From a virus: a stretch of DNA of 54,674 nucleotides. The notes under the pieces are model-generated. The model worked only from the letters and a program-made list of their open reading frames with translations, ran no database searches and was not told where the DNA came from. The DNA is taken from the IMG/VR virus record IMGVR_UViG_3300008970_000001. One strand, 5' to 3'. Both the position numbers and the translations under genes were made by a program. Below are positions 41,581-50,518 of this stretch, piece after piece (the first letter of the stretch is position 1; each line of letters begins with the position of its first letter).

Positions 41581-43656
41581 TTAATTATTATGCCAATGTT
41601 CATTGCCAAAGGGTATATACATTGGTGGGATTGTTGCACCTTTCACTACCATATAAGTATCTAGTGAAGTTGCAGGGAAATTGACAGTAACAAAAGCATA
41701 AGCTGAAGACGTAATGGGAATATCCGTTCCATCGCCATACGATACATATGCTTTATTGATATCCCAGAACACAAAGGAATGTGCAGAACTTTTAGTATAA
41801 TGGATTGTAAATCCATCGATATAGTCGATTGGGATAAAATCACTTGCTAAAGTTGAAGCAGATGCTATGAATGCTCCTGTGGTTTTGTCATAATAACCAT
41901 CTGTCCTAGCTTTGGATTTGTCAAATAAGTTGTAAATAGGCTTTCTTGCAAAGTAATTTAAAGTACCCCATTTATTTTTAAAATAAGGCTCTTTTAGTGT
42001 GAAGTCATAACCGATTCCACTACCATCATCCGCTAATTTCATCTCGGTAACTGAGTTAGCCGTATTAACTAATCTAAGATTATCAACTACATATTTATTG
42101 CTATTGATGTCTACTATGTCCATTGTAAGAGGCGTAGAACCTTCCATTAAGCCGATATAAGACTTATCATCATCCTCTTCAGTAAAATACATTCTCCAAC
42201 AACTACCGTTAAATAACAAACAACTTCGGTAGACCTGAAAACTATGATAACTTCCTTTGATACCATTTGGTTCCAGCATTATTTTTTTAAAGTCAAAATT
42301 TAACCCATCCGTACTTGTAAAGTACCACAATTTTAATACAGTATCACCTACATTAGCACCAAGCACTAATAAATGATAAATGCCGTTTACATATTGTAGA
42401 TCCATATGCCAAGGGTCTATATTATGATGCCCACTTAATGTCGTATCTACTTTTGCACTCCATGTTAATCCATCCAAGCTTTCAGAATATGACACATGCC
42501 TACCGTTAACTCCTGGTGCTCCATCTACATACCACATTCTATATTTATCTAGTACAGTGTCAAAAGAGATTGCTGGGCTTCTTACCATGTCACCTACACC
42601 GTTATCAGGTGCTTGTAAATCTATCACTGTTGCTCTGCTTCCCCAAGTTACGGCATCTGGGGTTATTTTTTTAAGCACTGTTGTTGGTAAAAGCTCTCCG
42701 TTTCTATGGGTTATCCTATACCAAACTTCTAATCTAAGACTTTTACGATTATAGAAAATATGCGGGTCTGAGAAATAATCACCATTAGCTATTTCTGCTT
42801 CAGTTAAATCGTCGAGTGGATTTTTAATCGGTGTCCAATCTATACCATTGTTACTAGCATACACACAAGGACACTCCCACCTATCCCTATAAGGTAATTT
42901 CCCTTTTGGGAACGGAGTTTGAACCATCCAGTAGGTATACCCTGCAAACCCTTCTGGTATATAGCATACACTTGGGTGGTAAGGTTGATTGTATCCGCTA
43001 AAATCCTCAATAAATAATGGTTTTGCATAAGGGTTATTTTTAATTATTGTAAATTCTTTCTCTAAAACTATAGCTTTACTTTCAGCAGAATAATTTATAA
43101 ATCCACTAGGCAAAACGGCAGAATTACAACACATATAAGTATCTTTAGTGCTTAAAGGTACTGTAAATGTGATATATTTAATATTTTCATCAGTTATAGT
43201 AAAGTTGCTTGCACTTTCGCCCATTATAAAATTTTTATCTTTATCCCAATAACAAATTATTCCACCGTTAGACTTTGAGTATGAATGCCCATAAATAACA
43301 GGTATAAAATCGCTTGATTGCGTGGATTGATCATTAATAAAAGCACCTGAACTATTAAAAAAACCATCGGTTATCATTGCTAACTTATCAAAGATATTCA
43401 CAATTTCGTCACTATTTTTTATGTTTTTAAGTGATTGTCGTTGTAACGCAGTTTCCGCCAACTGCGACTTAACACCATTGAAATCATCGTCAAGCCTCTG
43501 CTTTAAATTAACCTTATCGACCCCATTAGCATCGACAGCGGCCTGCCTAGACATTGCATCTGTATCTGTTTCGCGGTTGACAATTCTAGTTACTTCTTCT
43601 TTTGTAAATCGCTTAGATGCTCCAAGTGCTTCTAAATCCATTAGATTAACCTCCAT
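41581..43656 (-). CDS. Tail-associated protein with beta-propeller glycosidase-like core flanked by duplicated modules (putative depolymerase/receptor-binding protein)
   Basis: 691 aa. The central YHPSVCY...YWMVQTPFP...RWECPCVYASNNGIDWT...DPHIFYN region is glycoside-hydrolase-like. The N-terminal and C-terminal modules share GAFI..S..SDFIP...WD..K...DTYM. Confidence 0.6.
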   Translation of the reverse strand: MEVNLMDLEALGASKRFTKEEVTRIVNRETDTDAMSRQAAVDANGVDKVNLKQRLDDDFNGVKSQLAETALQRQSLKNIKNSDEIVNIFDKLAMITDGFFNSSGAFINDQSTQSSDFIPVIYGHSYSKSNGGIICYWDKDKNFIMGESASNFTITDENIKYITFTVPLSTKDTYMCCNSAVLPSGFINYSAESKAIVLEKEFTIIKNNPYAKPLFIEDFSGYNQPYHPSVCYIPEGFAGYTYWMVQTPFPKGKLPYRDRWECPCVYASNNGIDWTPIKNPLDDLTEAEIANGDYFSDPHIFYNRKSLRLEVWYRITHRNGELLPTTVLKKITPDAVTWGSRATVIDLQAPDNGVGDMVRSPAISFDTVLDKYRMWYVDGAPGVNGRHVSYSESLDGLTWSAKVDTTLSGHHNIDPWHMDLQYVNGIYHLLVLGANVGDTVLKLWYFTSTDGLNFDFKKIMLEPNGIKGSYHSFQVYRSCLLFNGSCWRMYFTEEDDDKSYIGLMEGSTPLTMDIVDINSNKYVVDNLRLVNTANSVTEMKLADDGSGIGYDFTLKEPYFKNKWGTLNYFARKPIYNLFDKSKARTDGYYDKTTGAFIASASTLASDFIPIDYIDGFTIHYTKSSAHSFVFWDINKAYVSYGDGTDIPITSSAYAFVTVNFPATSLDTYMVVKGATIPPMYIPFGNEHWHNN

Positions 43657-43859
43657 TCTCCGAGGTAGTAGCGATAATACTTATTGTTGTTATCTGGGTA
43701 AAACTCAATCAAAGTATTTCCGTCAACACCTGCCGGAAATGGTTCCGTAGACAACTTCGCTAAACTCCCAACTATCAAAGCAGATACCTTCTGCATCGGT
43801 TTCCCTGTTTCGGTATCCTCTACAACCGCCATAGCATACTGTTTTGGATCTACTGCCAT
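43641..43859 (-). CDS. Hypothetical protein
   Basis: 72 aa. It overlaps the start of the 691-aa gene. Confidence 0.55.
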   Translation of the reverse strand: MAVDPKQYAMAVVEDTETGKPMQKVSALIVGSLAKLSTEPFPAGVDGNTLIEFYPDNNNKYYRYYLGEWRLI

Positions 43860-43872
43860 TCATATCACTCCT

Positions 43873-43901
43873 TAAATAAAAATAACGCCCTCTGTGGCGT
43901 T
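43873..43901 (-). terminator. Intrinsic terminator downstream of the XkdX-like gene
   Basis: AACGCC-N6-GGCGTT, followed on the minus strand by TTATTTTTATTT. Confidence 0.65.
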
Positions 43902-43922
43902 TTAGTGCGCGTAATGAGTCTA

Positions 43923-44075
43923 TTACGCAGTAACGAGTTCCCTCGGAATAGCTTCAATGTCTGTTCTTTCAGCTTCAGTAAGGAGTCCTTTTGTTACCGC
44001 ATTATCTAAATTCGTAGTAGTAAAATTTGCGTTATATTTCCAGCAACTCACAAAATAATTATATAGTCTGCTCAT
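43923..44075 (-). CDS. XkdX-family small protein (50 aa)
   Basis: GGGGGT lies 7 nt upstream of the ATG. Sequence is MSRLYNYFVSCWKYNANFTTTNLDNAVTKGLLTEAERTDIEAI.... The ORF is below the ORF-track cutoff. Confidence 0.55.
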   Translation of the reverse strand: MSRLYNYFVSCWKYNANFTTTNLDNAVTKGLLTEAERTDIEAIPRELVTA

Positions 44076-44078
44076 TTA

Positions 44079-44423
44079 TCATACCCCCAATAAAACATTG
44101 ATTGCATTTTGAGCCTCAATAAGAGAGGATTGAAGGGTTGCTACTTGAGTTTCCAGAAGTGAAATTTTAACCTCTGGACTTACATACTCAACATAATTGG
44201 GATTTTCAACAAATCCATTAGATACTGAATAAGTATATTTCTGTGGAATTATTGTATCCGCAGTTTCTACGCCTTCAAATTTATTACATTCTGAATAATA
44301 ACCTATAATATATTCTCCATTTGAATCCGTTACCAGTAGTCCGTTTTCTACTTCCGCTGCTGTATCGACTATGTTCACAACTACATTATCTAATTTATTC
44401 GTGATAATCACCTTTTTTGGCAT
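44079..44423 (-). CDS. XkdW-position tail-fibre-associated protein
   Basis: 114 aa with a C-terminal coiled segment LLETQVATLQSSLIEAQNAINVLLG. Confidence 0.55.
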   Translation of the reverse strand: MPKKVIITNKLDNVVVNIVDTAAEVENGLLVTDSNGEYIIGYYSECNKFEGVETADTIIPQKYTYSVSNGFVENPNYVEYVSPEVKISLLETQVATLQSSLIEAQNAINVLLGV

Positions 44424-44445
44424 TTTAACTTACCTCCATTTTACT

Positions 44446-45693
44446 TTAAGATCTCCAGTCATAGCATTTTATTGCGTTACCTTCTGTACCACCTTGAAGT
44501 GCGACCCCGTCTACAACTTTTTTTAATGCAAATACAACTGCCTTCCCGTAGGTTGTGCTATACCCATAAGAAACTAAAACCTTAGAACTACTTAATACTG
44601 CCGATGATGCCTCGTGTGTCGTACTGTTGCTAAAATCGTATGGTACTCCCTTAGTGATAGTTGTGCCAGTTATAGTTAGCACGACAGCCTCTCCAATATT
44701 AGTTGATAGGTTGCTGACAACAAGAACTGTTGAACTATCGATAGCCAATGCCCATATTTTGTCACCAGTCCCTGTTGTCAGAATTGTTCCCTCTGTGACA
44801 GTGGTCCCAGTTATAGATAGAACAACTGCTCTTCCGCCATAACTATTATTATAAAAAGCAACCAGTACTCGCGAACTATCCAATCTGACGGCTGACGTAA
44901 ATGTAATTAGGGTGGCAGAATCAAATCCAAAAAATGATCCTTTAGTGATGGTAGTACCGTTTATGGTTAATACTATTGCCCTACCCCAACCACCAGTGCT
45001 GTAGACAGCCAGAACCCTAGAGCTATCTAATAACACCAACGAATTGCTGAGAGTGCCCACATCGATAACGGTGAGTGCCCCAACTGTTACAACAGTATCA
45101 ACTATAGTCAGTACATTAGCATAATTGTTGCCATTGTCACTATAAGAAACCAGAACCCTAGAACCATCCAATGCTACAGTGGAGGTGTAGTTAACAACAC
45201 CGGAACGGAAGCTTACTGGAGTACCCTTCGTGATGGTTGTGCCGGTTATGGTCAATACGACAGCATATCCATAACTGACCCCTTGCTCATAGCATACGAC
45301 TACCCTAGAGGGGTCCAACAGTGTTGCGGAGATAAATGATGTCCCAGATGAATTAAAGGTGAATGGTGTACCCTTTGTTATCGTCGTACCATCGATAGAT
45401 AATACAACCGCCGTCCCATATCCAGTTGATGCCTCATATGCAACCAGGACTCTGGAGCTATCAAGTGTCACGGCTGAAGTATACTGTGTATTGGCTGATT
45501 CAAAATTAAATGTCGTGCCTACATAGTCACCATGTATTATTTTATGCCTAGCCTTTGAAGCTTTATCATTTATATATTCAACTAGATCTCCTGTGCTAAC
45601 AGTTTCCCCAGCAGCCACAGTATAACTTCCCAGTATAGAATCAAGTATTTTTAAGTTACCTACTCCTATGCCATGTTCTCTTAATTCAATCAC
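44446..45693 (-). CDS. Receptor-binding/tail-fibre protein with seven ~47-aa repeats (beta-propeller-like)
   Basis: L(D/S)SSRVLV(A/S)Y occurs 7 times. (I/V)(T/D/N)GTT(I/V)T(K/E)G occurs 5 times (ITGTTITKG x2, IDGTTITKG, INGTTITKG, ITGTTVTEG), plus a degenerate sixth copy IVDTVVTVG. Confidence 0.72.
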   Translation of the reverse strand: MIELREHGIGVGNLKILDSILGSYTVAAGETVSTGDLVEYINDKASKARHKIIHGDYVGTTFNFESANTQYTSAVTLDSSRVLVAYEASTGYGTAVVLSIDGTTITKGTPFTFNSSGTSFISATLLDPSRVVVCYEQGVSYGYAVVLTITGTTITKGTPVSFRSGVVNYTSTVALDGSRVLVSYSDNGNNYANVLTIVDTVVTVGALTVIDVGTLSNSLVLLDSSRVLAVYSTGGWGRAIVLTINGTTITKGSFFGFDSATLITFTSAVRLDSSRVLVAFYNNSYGGRAVVLSITGTTVTEGTILTTGTGDKIWALAIDSSTVLVVSNLSTNIGEAVVLTITGTTITKGVPYDFSNSTTHEASSAVLSSSKVLVSYGYSTTYGKAVVFALKKVVDGVALQGGTEGNAIKCYDWRS

Positions 45694-46073
45694 GACAGCA
45701 CCTCACTTGCCACGCTATCATTGCTGTCATAAGTTATAGTGTACGTCTTAGTCCATTCAACCGTTGTCCCATCGATTTTATATTTCGTTTCTGTTCTTGT
45801 TGTATATTTTGGAGATGTCCCACCGCTTAAAACCGACTTTAAAATAAGTGTTCCATCTGATCTTTTATGGCCTACTTCGGTATAAATACCATTACTATCC
45901 ATACCAGATTTTACAGTTGAATAGTACGCAGTTTCCGCCAAATGTCCAGTAACGGCATCGGCTTGAGTTTTTAATTGTGCGTCGATTATATCCGCATTAT
46001 CGTTGAAATCCGATATCTTAACATTGTCAGTAAGCTCCGGCTTTTTTAAGCCGTAAGTAGTTGTTTCTTGCAT
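45690..46073 (-). CDS. Tail-fibre N-terminal/adaptor protein
   Basis: 127 aa. N-terminal YGLKKPELTDNVKISDFNDNADIID is typical of fibre proteins. Confidence 0.6.
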   Translation of the reverse strand: MQETTTYGLKKPELTDNVKISDFNDNADIIDAQLKTQADAVTGHLAETAYYSTVKSGMDSNGIYTEVGHKRSDGTLILKSVLSGGTSPKYTTRTETKYKIDGTTVEWTKTYTITYDSNDSVASEVLS

Positions 46074-46084
46074 TTTGTCACCCC

Positions 46085-46894
46085 TTAGTTAAAAGTCTGT
46101 GCGCCAGCCCATGTTAAGGTTGATACATCTTGCCACGTCTTAGTTCCTATAAAACTCCAAGTGTTGTAGGTGTAATCATAAGCAAACGCCAGGTGTGCGG
46201 GCTTGATCTCTTCGATGATCGCTGAAAGGTCGGCCATATTAGACGGAGTTCCTTTTGTGCCAGTAAATTTAACCTTGAATACGTAGTTGGCATTGTCCTC
46301 TACTACGGAAACCTCTCCGTTACTGAACGCTGCCGCGACTGTCTCGATCATGGCCTTTGTCGTTGTCCCTACTGATCTCAGTTTCGCTTTGACTTTCTCG
46401 CGCCTGAAATCATATGGCTTGGAGACATCTGGAGTAATACCAAGATCCAGCTCCCAGCGATCAACGTTTTTCACTACACTGTCGACAAAAAGACTATCCT
46501 GTAAGGTATCTAGTTCAAACTCTAAACGCCTGAGCTCTTTAGTGTCGGCATCAAGCAGATTGCTCATTACCTTAGAGCGGTAGTAGTAACCAGGTAGGGC
46601 TTTTAGCATCTCCTTCTTGTAATCCCGCTTAGCCACACTGCACGAAACAACGACCTCAACTTGTCCTTGTGAGATAATCGGCGAAAATTCAACGTTGATA
46701 CCTTGTATCCATGCCTCTCCAATGCCTTCGCTGGTTGCCTGACCAATACTTAGGTCAATACCTTTGGCCTGTACCTCCGCCGCCCCTTCTAAAAGTGCTA
46801 GGCGAAAATCCATAACAAAGTGCGGGTCTAAGTCTCCCCACGTTAGGCCTTGAACGGCATCCCACGTTTGCTGTTCGATTGCGGGCATAATCAT
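46085..46894 (-). CDS. XkdU/YmfQ-like (DUF2313) baseplate protein
   Basis: Has the LPGYYYRS...DRWELDLGI pattern. Confidence 0.72.
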   Translation of the reverse strand: MIMPAIEQQTWDAVQGLTWGDLDPHFVMDFRLALLEGAAEVQAKGIDLSIGQATSEGIGEAWIQGINVEFSPIISQGQVEVVVSCSVAKRDYKKEMLKALPGYYYRSKVMSNLLDADTKELRRLEFELDTLQDSLFVDSVVKNVDRWELDLGITPDVSKPYDFRREKVKAKLRSVGTTTKAMIETVAAAFSNGEVSVVEDNANYVFKVKFTGTKGTPSNMADLSAIIEEIKPAHLAFAYDYTYNTWSFIGTKTWQDVSTLTWAGAQTFN

Positions 46895-46898
46895 TCAC

Positions 46899-47285
46899 CT
46901 ACTTCAGTCTTACGATTAGGTAGCTTTGCGGTATCTTGAATTGACTTGAAATATTGATGGTCTTTGCGAACTCTAAGGGAGCATGAAAAAGCAAATTTCC
47001 ACCGCTTTGCGCATCGTATAGTCCTACGTGCGTAATCGTCCCCCAGCTTGCAGTTGCAATCGGGAATAGAACATCAGCCGAGTTTGATGTCTGTCCATCG
47101 GTCGGAGATGTGAACGCGACCGGCATACGTACATAAGATCCACCGGTTACTTCTGTCCCCGTTCCTGCATCCGTTGGGTCAGACGTGAAAAGACCAGCGT
47201 AAACTGTCGCCGGTGAACTGTATGATGTGTTTCGGAGGACAGCATTAATCAATGCGTTTTCCAAGTAATCTGACAACTGACTCAA
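46899..47285 (-). CDS. Conserved phage tail-associated protein (unassigned family)
   Basis: 128 aa (LENALINAVLRNTSYSSPATVYAGLFTSDP...GGSYVR...). It lies between the baseplate J-like and XkdU-like genes. Confidence 0.6.
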   Translation of the reverse strand: MSQLSDYLENALINAVLRNTSYSSPATVYAGLFTSDPTDAGTGTEVTGGSYVRMPVAFTSPTDGQTSNSADVLFPIATASWGTITHVGLYDAQSGGNLLFHAPLEFAKTINISSQFKIPQSYLIVRLK

Positions 47286-47298
47286 AATAAACCACCTC

Positions 47299-48339
47299 CT
47301 AAGTTAATGTAACTGTGCCGAGGATTGCCACCTCGGTATCAGCAACGGCAATGTTCGCGGTACCCGTGTTAACCGTTAGGCCTGTATAATCGAGTACCCC
47401 TGCGCTGGAAAGAATTAGACTGCCAATCCAGGCATAACTGACCACATAGTTTTCGGTGAAAGCGATCTCTTTCAGATATGCAATTAGGTTAGTTTGGATA
47501 TTAGCCAGGGCTTGTTCCTGAGTATAGTCGGTACTAATCGTGAGTTGAACGGCTATATCAATTGATTTTCCTGTTGCGGATACTACTGTCACCGTTGCGC
47601 CGATCGGGCGTTCATCCTCGATGTGATCCGTCACTTCCGTCACTAGCTCCGCGCTGGCTGGTTGCCTATTACTGTCAACGATGACAACTTTGATGGTCCC
47701 GTTACCCGCCCATAAAGGGAAGACACGGGCATCGCCAACACCGGTTACTCCCTTGGCCCAATTGATATAGTGATATTTGTTTCCACTAGTTTGAGGTGTA
47801 CGAACTTTCTCGAAATAACGTTCGCGCAATTCATCATCCGGCTCACCGTCATAGCCATTTGTAAAGGCGGCATTATTAACAACTGCCGATAAGCCAGCGA
47901 TAGTTACCGGGTAGTATTTAACTGCTCCCTCAGGAGCATTCCCGGCGCTCCCGTAACTATCGCACTCAACCTGTACAGTCTCCATAGTTGTTTCTCCGAT
48001 GGTTGTGGCCTGGCTAATAATACTAAACGTTAATACGTCACTAGATACTTTCGTGCCGGGCGCTATGATTATCCCCGGCTGGCCTGTTATTGTCACAGCG
48101 CCTGTCGCTTTTGTAGCCGGCTTACGAGTAACGCCTTGGTCAGCTACCTTGCGGTCTAGGTATTCAGCCTCTGCCGTAGTTGCAAATCCACGATCCAGTG
48201 TAGCATTAATTTCTGCATCTTTCAGTTCCAACTCAATAGCTACAGGCTTAATCGCATCATAAAAAAATGACCCCTCTGATTTATCCACATCAGAGGTTAT
48301 ATTTCTCAGCATCCGATCTGATATTTCCTCGTTAGACAT
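47299..48339 (-). CDS. Baseplate J-like protein (XkdT-like)
   Basis: 346 aa. The call rests on position and sequence pattern. Confidence 0.82.
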   Translation of the reverse strand: MSNEEISDRMLRNITSDVDKSEGSFFYDAIKPVAIELELKDAEINATLDRGFATTAEAEYLDRKVADQGVTRKPATKATGAVTITGQPGIIIAPGTKVSSDVLTFSIISQATTIGETTMETVQVECDSYGSAGNAPEGAVKYYPVTIAGLSAVVNNAAFTNGYDGEPDDELRERYFEKVRTPQTSGNKYHYINWAKGVTGVGDARVFPLWAGNGTIKVVIVDSNRQPASAELVTEVTDHIEDERPIGATVTVVSATGKSIDIAVQLTISTDYTQEQALANIQTNLIAYLKEIAFTENYVVSYAWIGSLILSSAGVLDYTGLTVNTGTANIAVADTEVAILGTVTLT

Positions 48340-48772
48340 TACTCATAATCACCTCCCCGTAAATCGTGTTTAGCGTCATGCTCAATATTACCCGGTCTTC
48401 GTCCGTTTCGACCTCGAAGTTGCTCACATTTGTTATGGCACTGCTTGTGAGGAGAGCCTCAGTGATCGTCCGTTCCAACTCGGTATGCGTAAAGTCCCTG
48501 TCGAACGATCTGCCGATTAGGCTGTGATGCGCTGATCCGTAATCAGTACCCTCATATATAGGTATTCCTTTAACTGTCCGCAGGGCTTTCTCTGCCCATA
48601 CTCTCACGTATTCTTTCCCAGTTACCAGAGGTATCTTGCCGTCTATCAGGATAAAGTCCCCGGCCGTAAAGTCCCATGCAAACGTTTTGTGTCCCGACGC
48701 GGTTTCTGTCTGCGCCACATCTATGGCAGTAATTTCAAGCCTTGAGATGTTAGGCAGCATCTCACTCACCAA
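48332..48772 (-). CDS. XkdS-like (DUF2634) baseplate protein
   Basis: 146 aa. The call rests on position and sequence pattern. Confidence 0.68.
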   Translation of the reverse strand: MVSEMLPNISRLEITAIDVAQTETASGHKTFAWDFTAGDFILIDGKIPLVTGKEYVRVWAEKALRTVKGIPIYEGTDYGSAHHSLIGRSFDRDFTHTELERTITEALLTSSAITNVSNFEVETDEDRVILSMTLNTIYGEVIMSNV

Positions 48773-49082
48773 CCTTATCTAATACATACCAGAGCTTATA
48801 ATTACTGTCAGGTATCATAATTACCATATCCCCTTGCTGTAAAGGGTTCTTGATTGTTATAGTCTTTGTTGTCGTCGAGTAGATAGTGTCATCCGTGTAA
48901 TTCACACTAAACCCATTTAATAACAGATTCGCGACCACTAGTTTGTCATTCTCCAGGACAACGCTATCACCCCACGATACCTTCAATGGGGTCGTGGATA
49001 TAACCTCGCCCGTAGTTATTCCGATTGCTTCAGGATTGTTCCGATCGCTAAAGAGTTTTGCCATTTTCTCTAAATTCGTCAT
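48762..49082 (-). CDS. XkdR-like (DUF2577) baseplate protein
   Basis: 106 aa with ...GEVISTTPLKVSWGD.... Confidence 0.68.
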   Translation of the reverse strand: MTNLEKMAKLFSDRNNPEAIGITTGEVISTTPLKVSWGDSVVLENDKLVVANLLLNGFSVNYTDDTIYSTTTKTITIKNPLQQGDMVIMIPDSNYKLWYVLDKVGE

Positions 49083-50077
49083 GCAACATCCTCCGGAAGT
49101 GTCAGCGTTAGATCCATGGTGTGTATGCCACCTGCATCGACATTGTGTTTAGCCTGTGTGATCATGTATCTCCCCTGCATACCAGTCTCAGGCTCGATGA
49201 CATCAAACAACCGGCCAGCTTTAAAGGTAACGTCACCCATGAGCTTTAGTTTGTTCGTTTCATGGATTTTATTAAGCCTTTGCAGTAGAATCTTTGCTAC
49301 CTGTCGAGCCTTAGCCGCATCTGCCTCATCGATTTTATAAGTATCCTCCAAGAGTCCGTACTTGCCCCCTGATACAACATCCTCAGCAAGTGCAAGCGTT
49401 TGGTAATTGTCTTCGGATGCTGTAATTATCTTTACTCGGTTGCGCAACTCTTCAATGCTTCGCGTGCGATCTGCTCCTAATGTTGTGCTAAGCACGTCTA
49501 CGTCCCCCGTACCTGGTGCAAGCCTAAACTTGCCAACTATTACAGCGTTGGACATTTTTTCGATATAAATTTTACCTTGCCTAAGCTCTGAGAAAACTCT
49601 TACGCCTGTTTGCCTCTCGTAAGCTTTTATGATCGTGGTAATTATCTCCGCAGGTGTTTTCTGCACAAAAATTGAGTCGATCAAGTTATCCATGGGTGTT
49701 ATCAAACCAATTGGCATGCCGAAGTCTGTTAGGATCTTGGTTATTGCCTGTTTTGCAGGGATCTTATTAAACTGGTACACGCTTTTGCTTTTGCCTAGAT
49801 ACCATCCATAATCAAATGCGGTATAGGATATAGTTATAGAATCGTTCTGCTTGCTTTTAACGACAATACCTCTATTCACTTCGACACCACTCTTAGTGAT
49901 CACAATAAGATCGCCTAGCTCAATCGGATTATTCGGATATGGGCTACGCCCCCAAACTGTTGTAAAATCCATTACCGAGGCGATAGAGAGATTGCTGTCC
50001 CAGCTTATTCCGGTTACCACAGGTGTTACGTCGTATGATTTCGTGCCGTCGTTTTTTACTAGCGTTACCTTAAACAT
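49079..50077 (-). CDS. XkdQ/YqbQ-like late-control-D-type baseplate hub protein
   Basis: 332 aa. The call rests on position and sequence pattern. Confidence 0.72.
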   Translation of the reverse strand: MFKVTLVKNDGTKSYDVTPVVTGISWDSNLSIASVMDFTTVWGRSPYPNNPIELGDLIVITKSGVEVNRGIVVKSKQNDSITISYTAFDYGWYLGKSKSVYQFNKIPAKQAITKILTDFGMPIGLITPMDNLIDSIFVQKTPAEIITTIIKAYERQTGVRVFSELRQGKIYIEKMSNAVIVGKFRLAPGTGDVDVLSTTLGADRTRSIEELRNRVKIITASEDNYQTLALAEDVVSGGKYGLLEDTYKIDEADAAKARQVAKILLQRLNKIHETNKLKLMGDVTFKAGRLFDVIEPETGMQGRYMITQAKHNVDAGGIHTMDLTLTLPEDVA

Positions 50078-50080
50078 AGG

Positions 50081-50503
50081 CTACACCACCACAAGTGGGA
50101 ATTCCTTGAGAGCCAAGGTGTAATATATATCGCCATCTGTAGCCGTTCTGTGTGGAAAGCTGTCTATTGTAACGAGCATATTGACTGTATCGAGCTTCAC
50201 GCTCGGATCAGTATTGACGATGATTAAGCGTATAGGGATTCTTAAGCCCCACCATCGCTTGATCATGTCTACATAGTCACTGCCGAACATTGTCTTATTC
50301 AACGAAAAGGGGTAATCTTTAACCGGGAAAAACGATACCAAGTCAGTCTTTCGTAAGCCTTTTTTGCCAATTATGTTCAACGCTTGGTATAGCCCGTCGA
50401 TTTCTTTGTTGTCCCAACTCTCATCAATCTCGTACTCTGGAGGCGTGACAGGGAGCAGGAGTACTTCGCTATTATCGTTTATTGATAAATATACTTTTAT
50501 CAT
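50081..50503 (-). CDS. XkdP-position tail protein (no LysM motif seen)
   Basis: 140 aa, directly after the tape measure gene. Confidence 0.55.
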   Translation of the reverse strand: MIKVYLSINDNSEVLLLPVTPPEYEIDESWDNKEIDGLYQALNIIGKKGLRKTDLVSFFPVKDYPFSLNKTMFGSDYVDMIKRWWGLRIPIRLIIVNTDPSVKLDTVNMLVTIDSFPHRTATDGDIYYTLALKEFPLVVV

Positions 50504-50518
50504 GCTTTATCGCCCCCT

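Noticed and set aside
41581-45693. Shufflon or invertible tail-fibre segments driven by the second tyrosine recombinase
   Set aside because: I found no inverted repeats flanking fibre gene segments and no alternative C-terminal cassettes in opposite orientation. All fibre genes are on one strand. The idea cannot be fully excluded without a computational repeat search.
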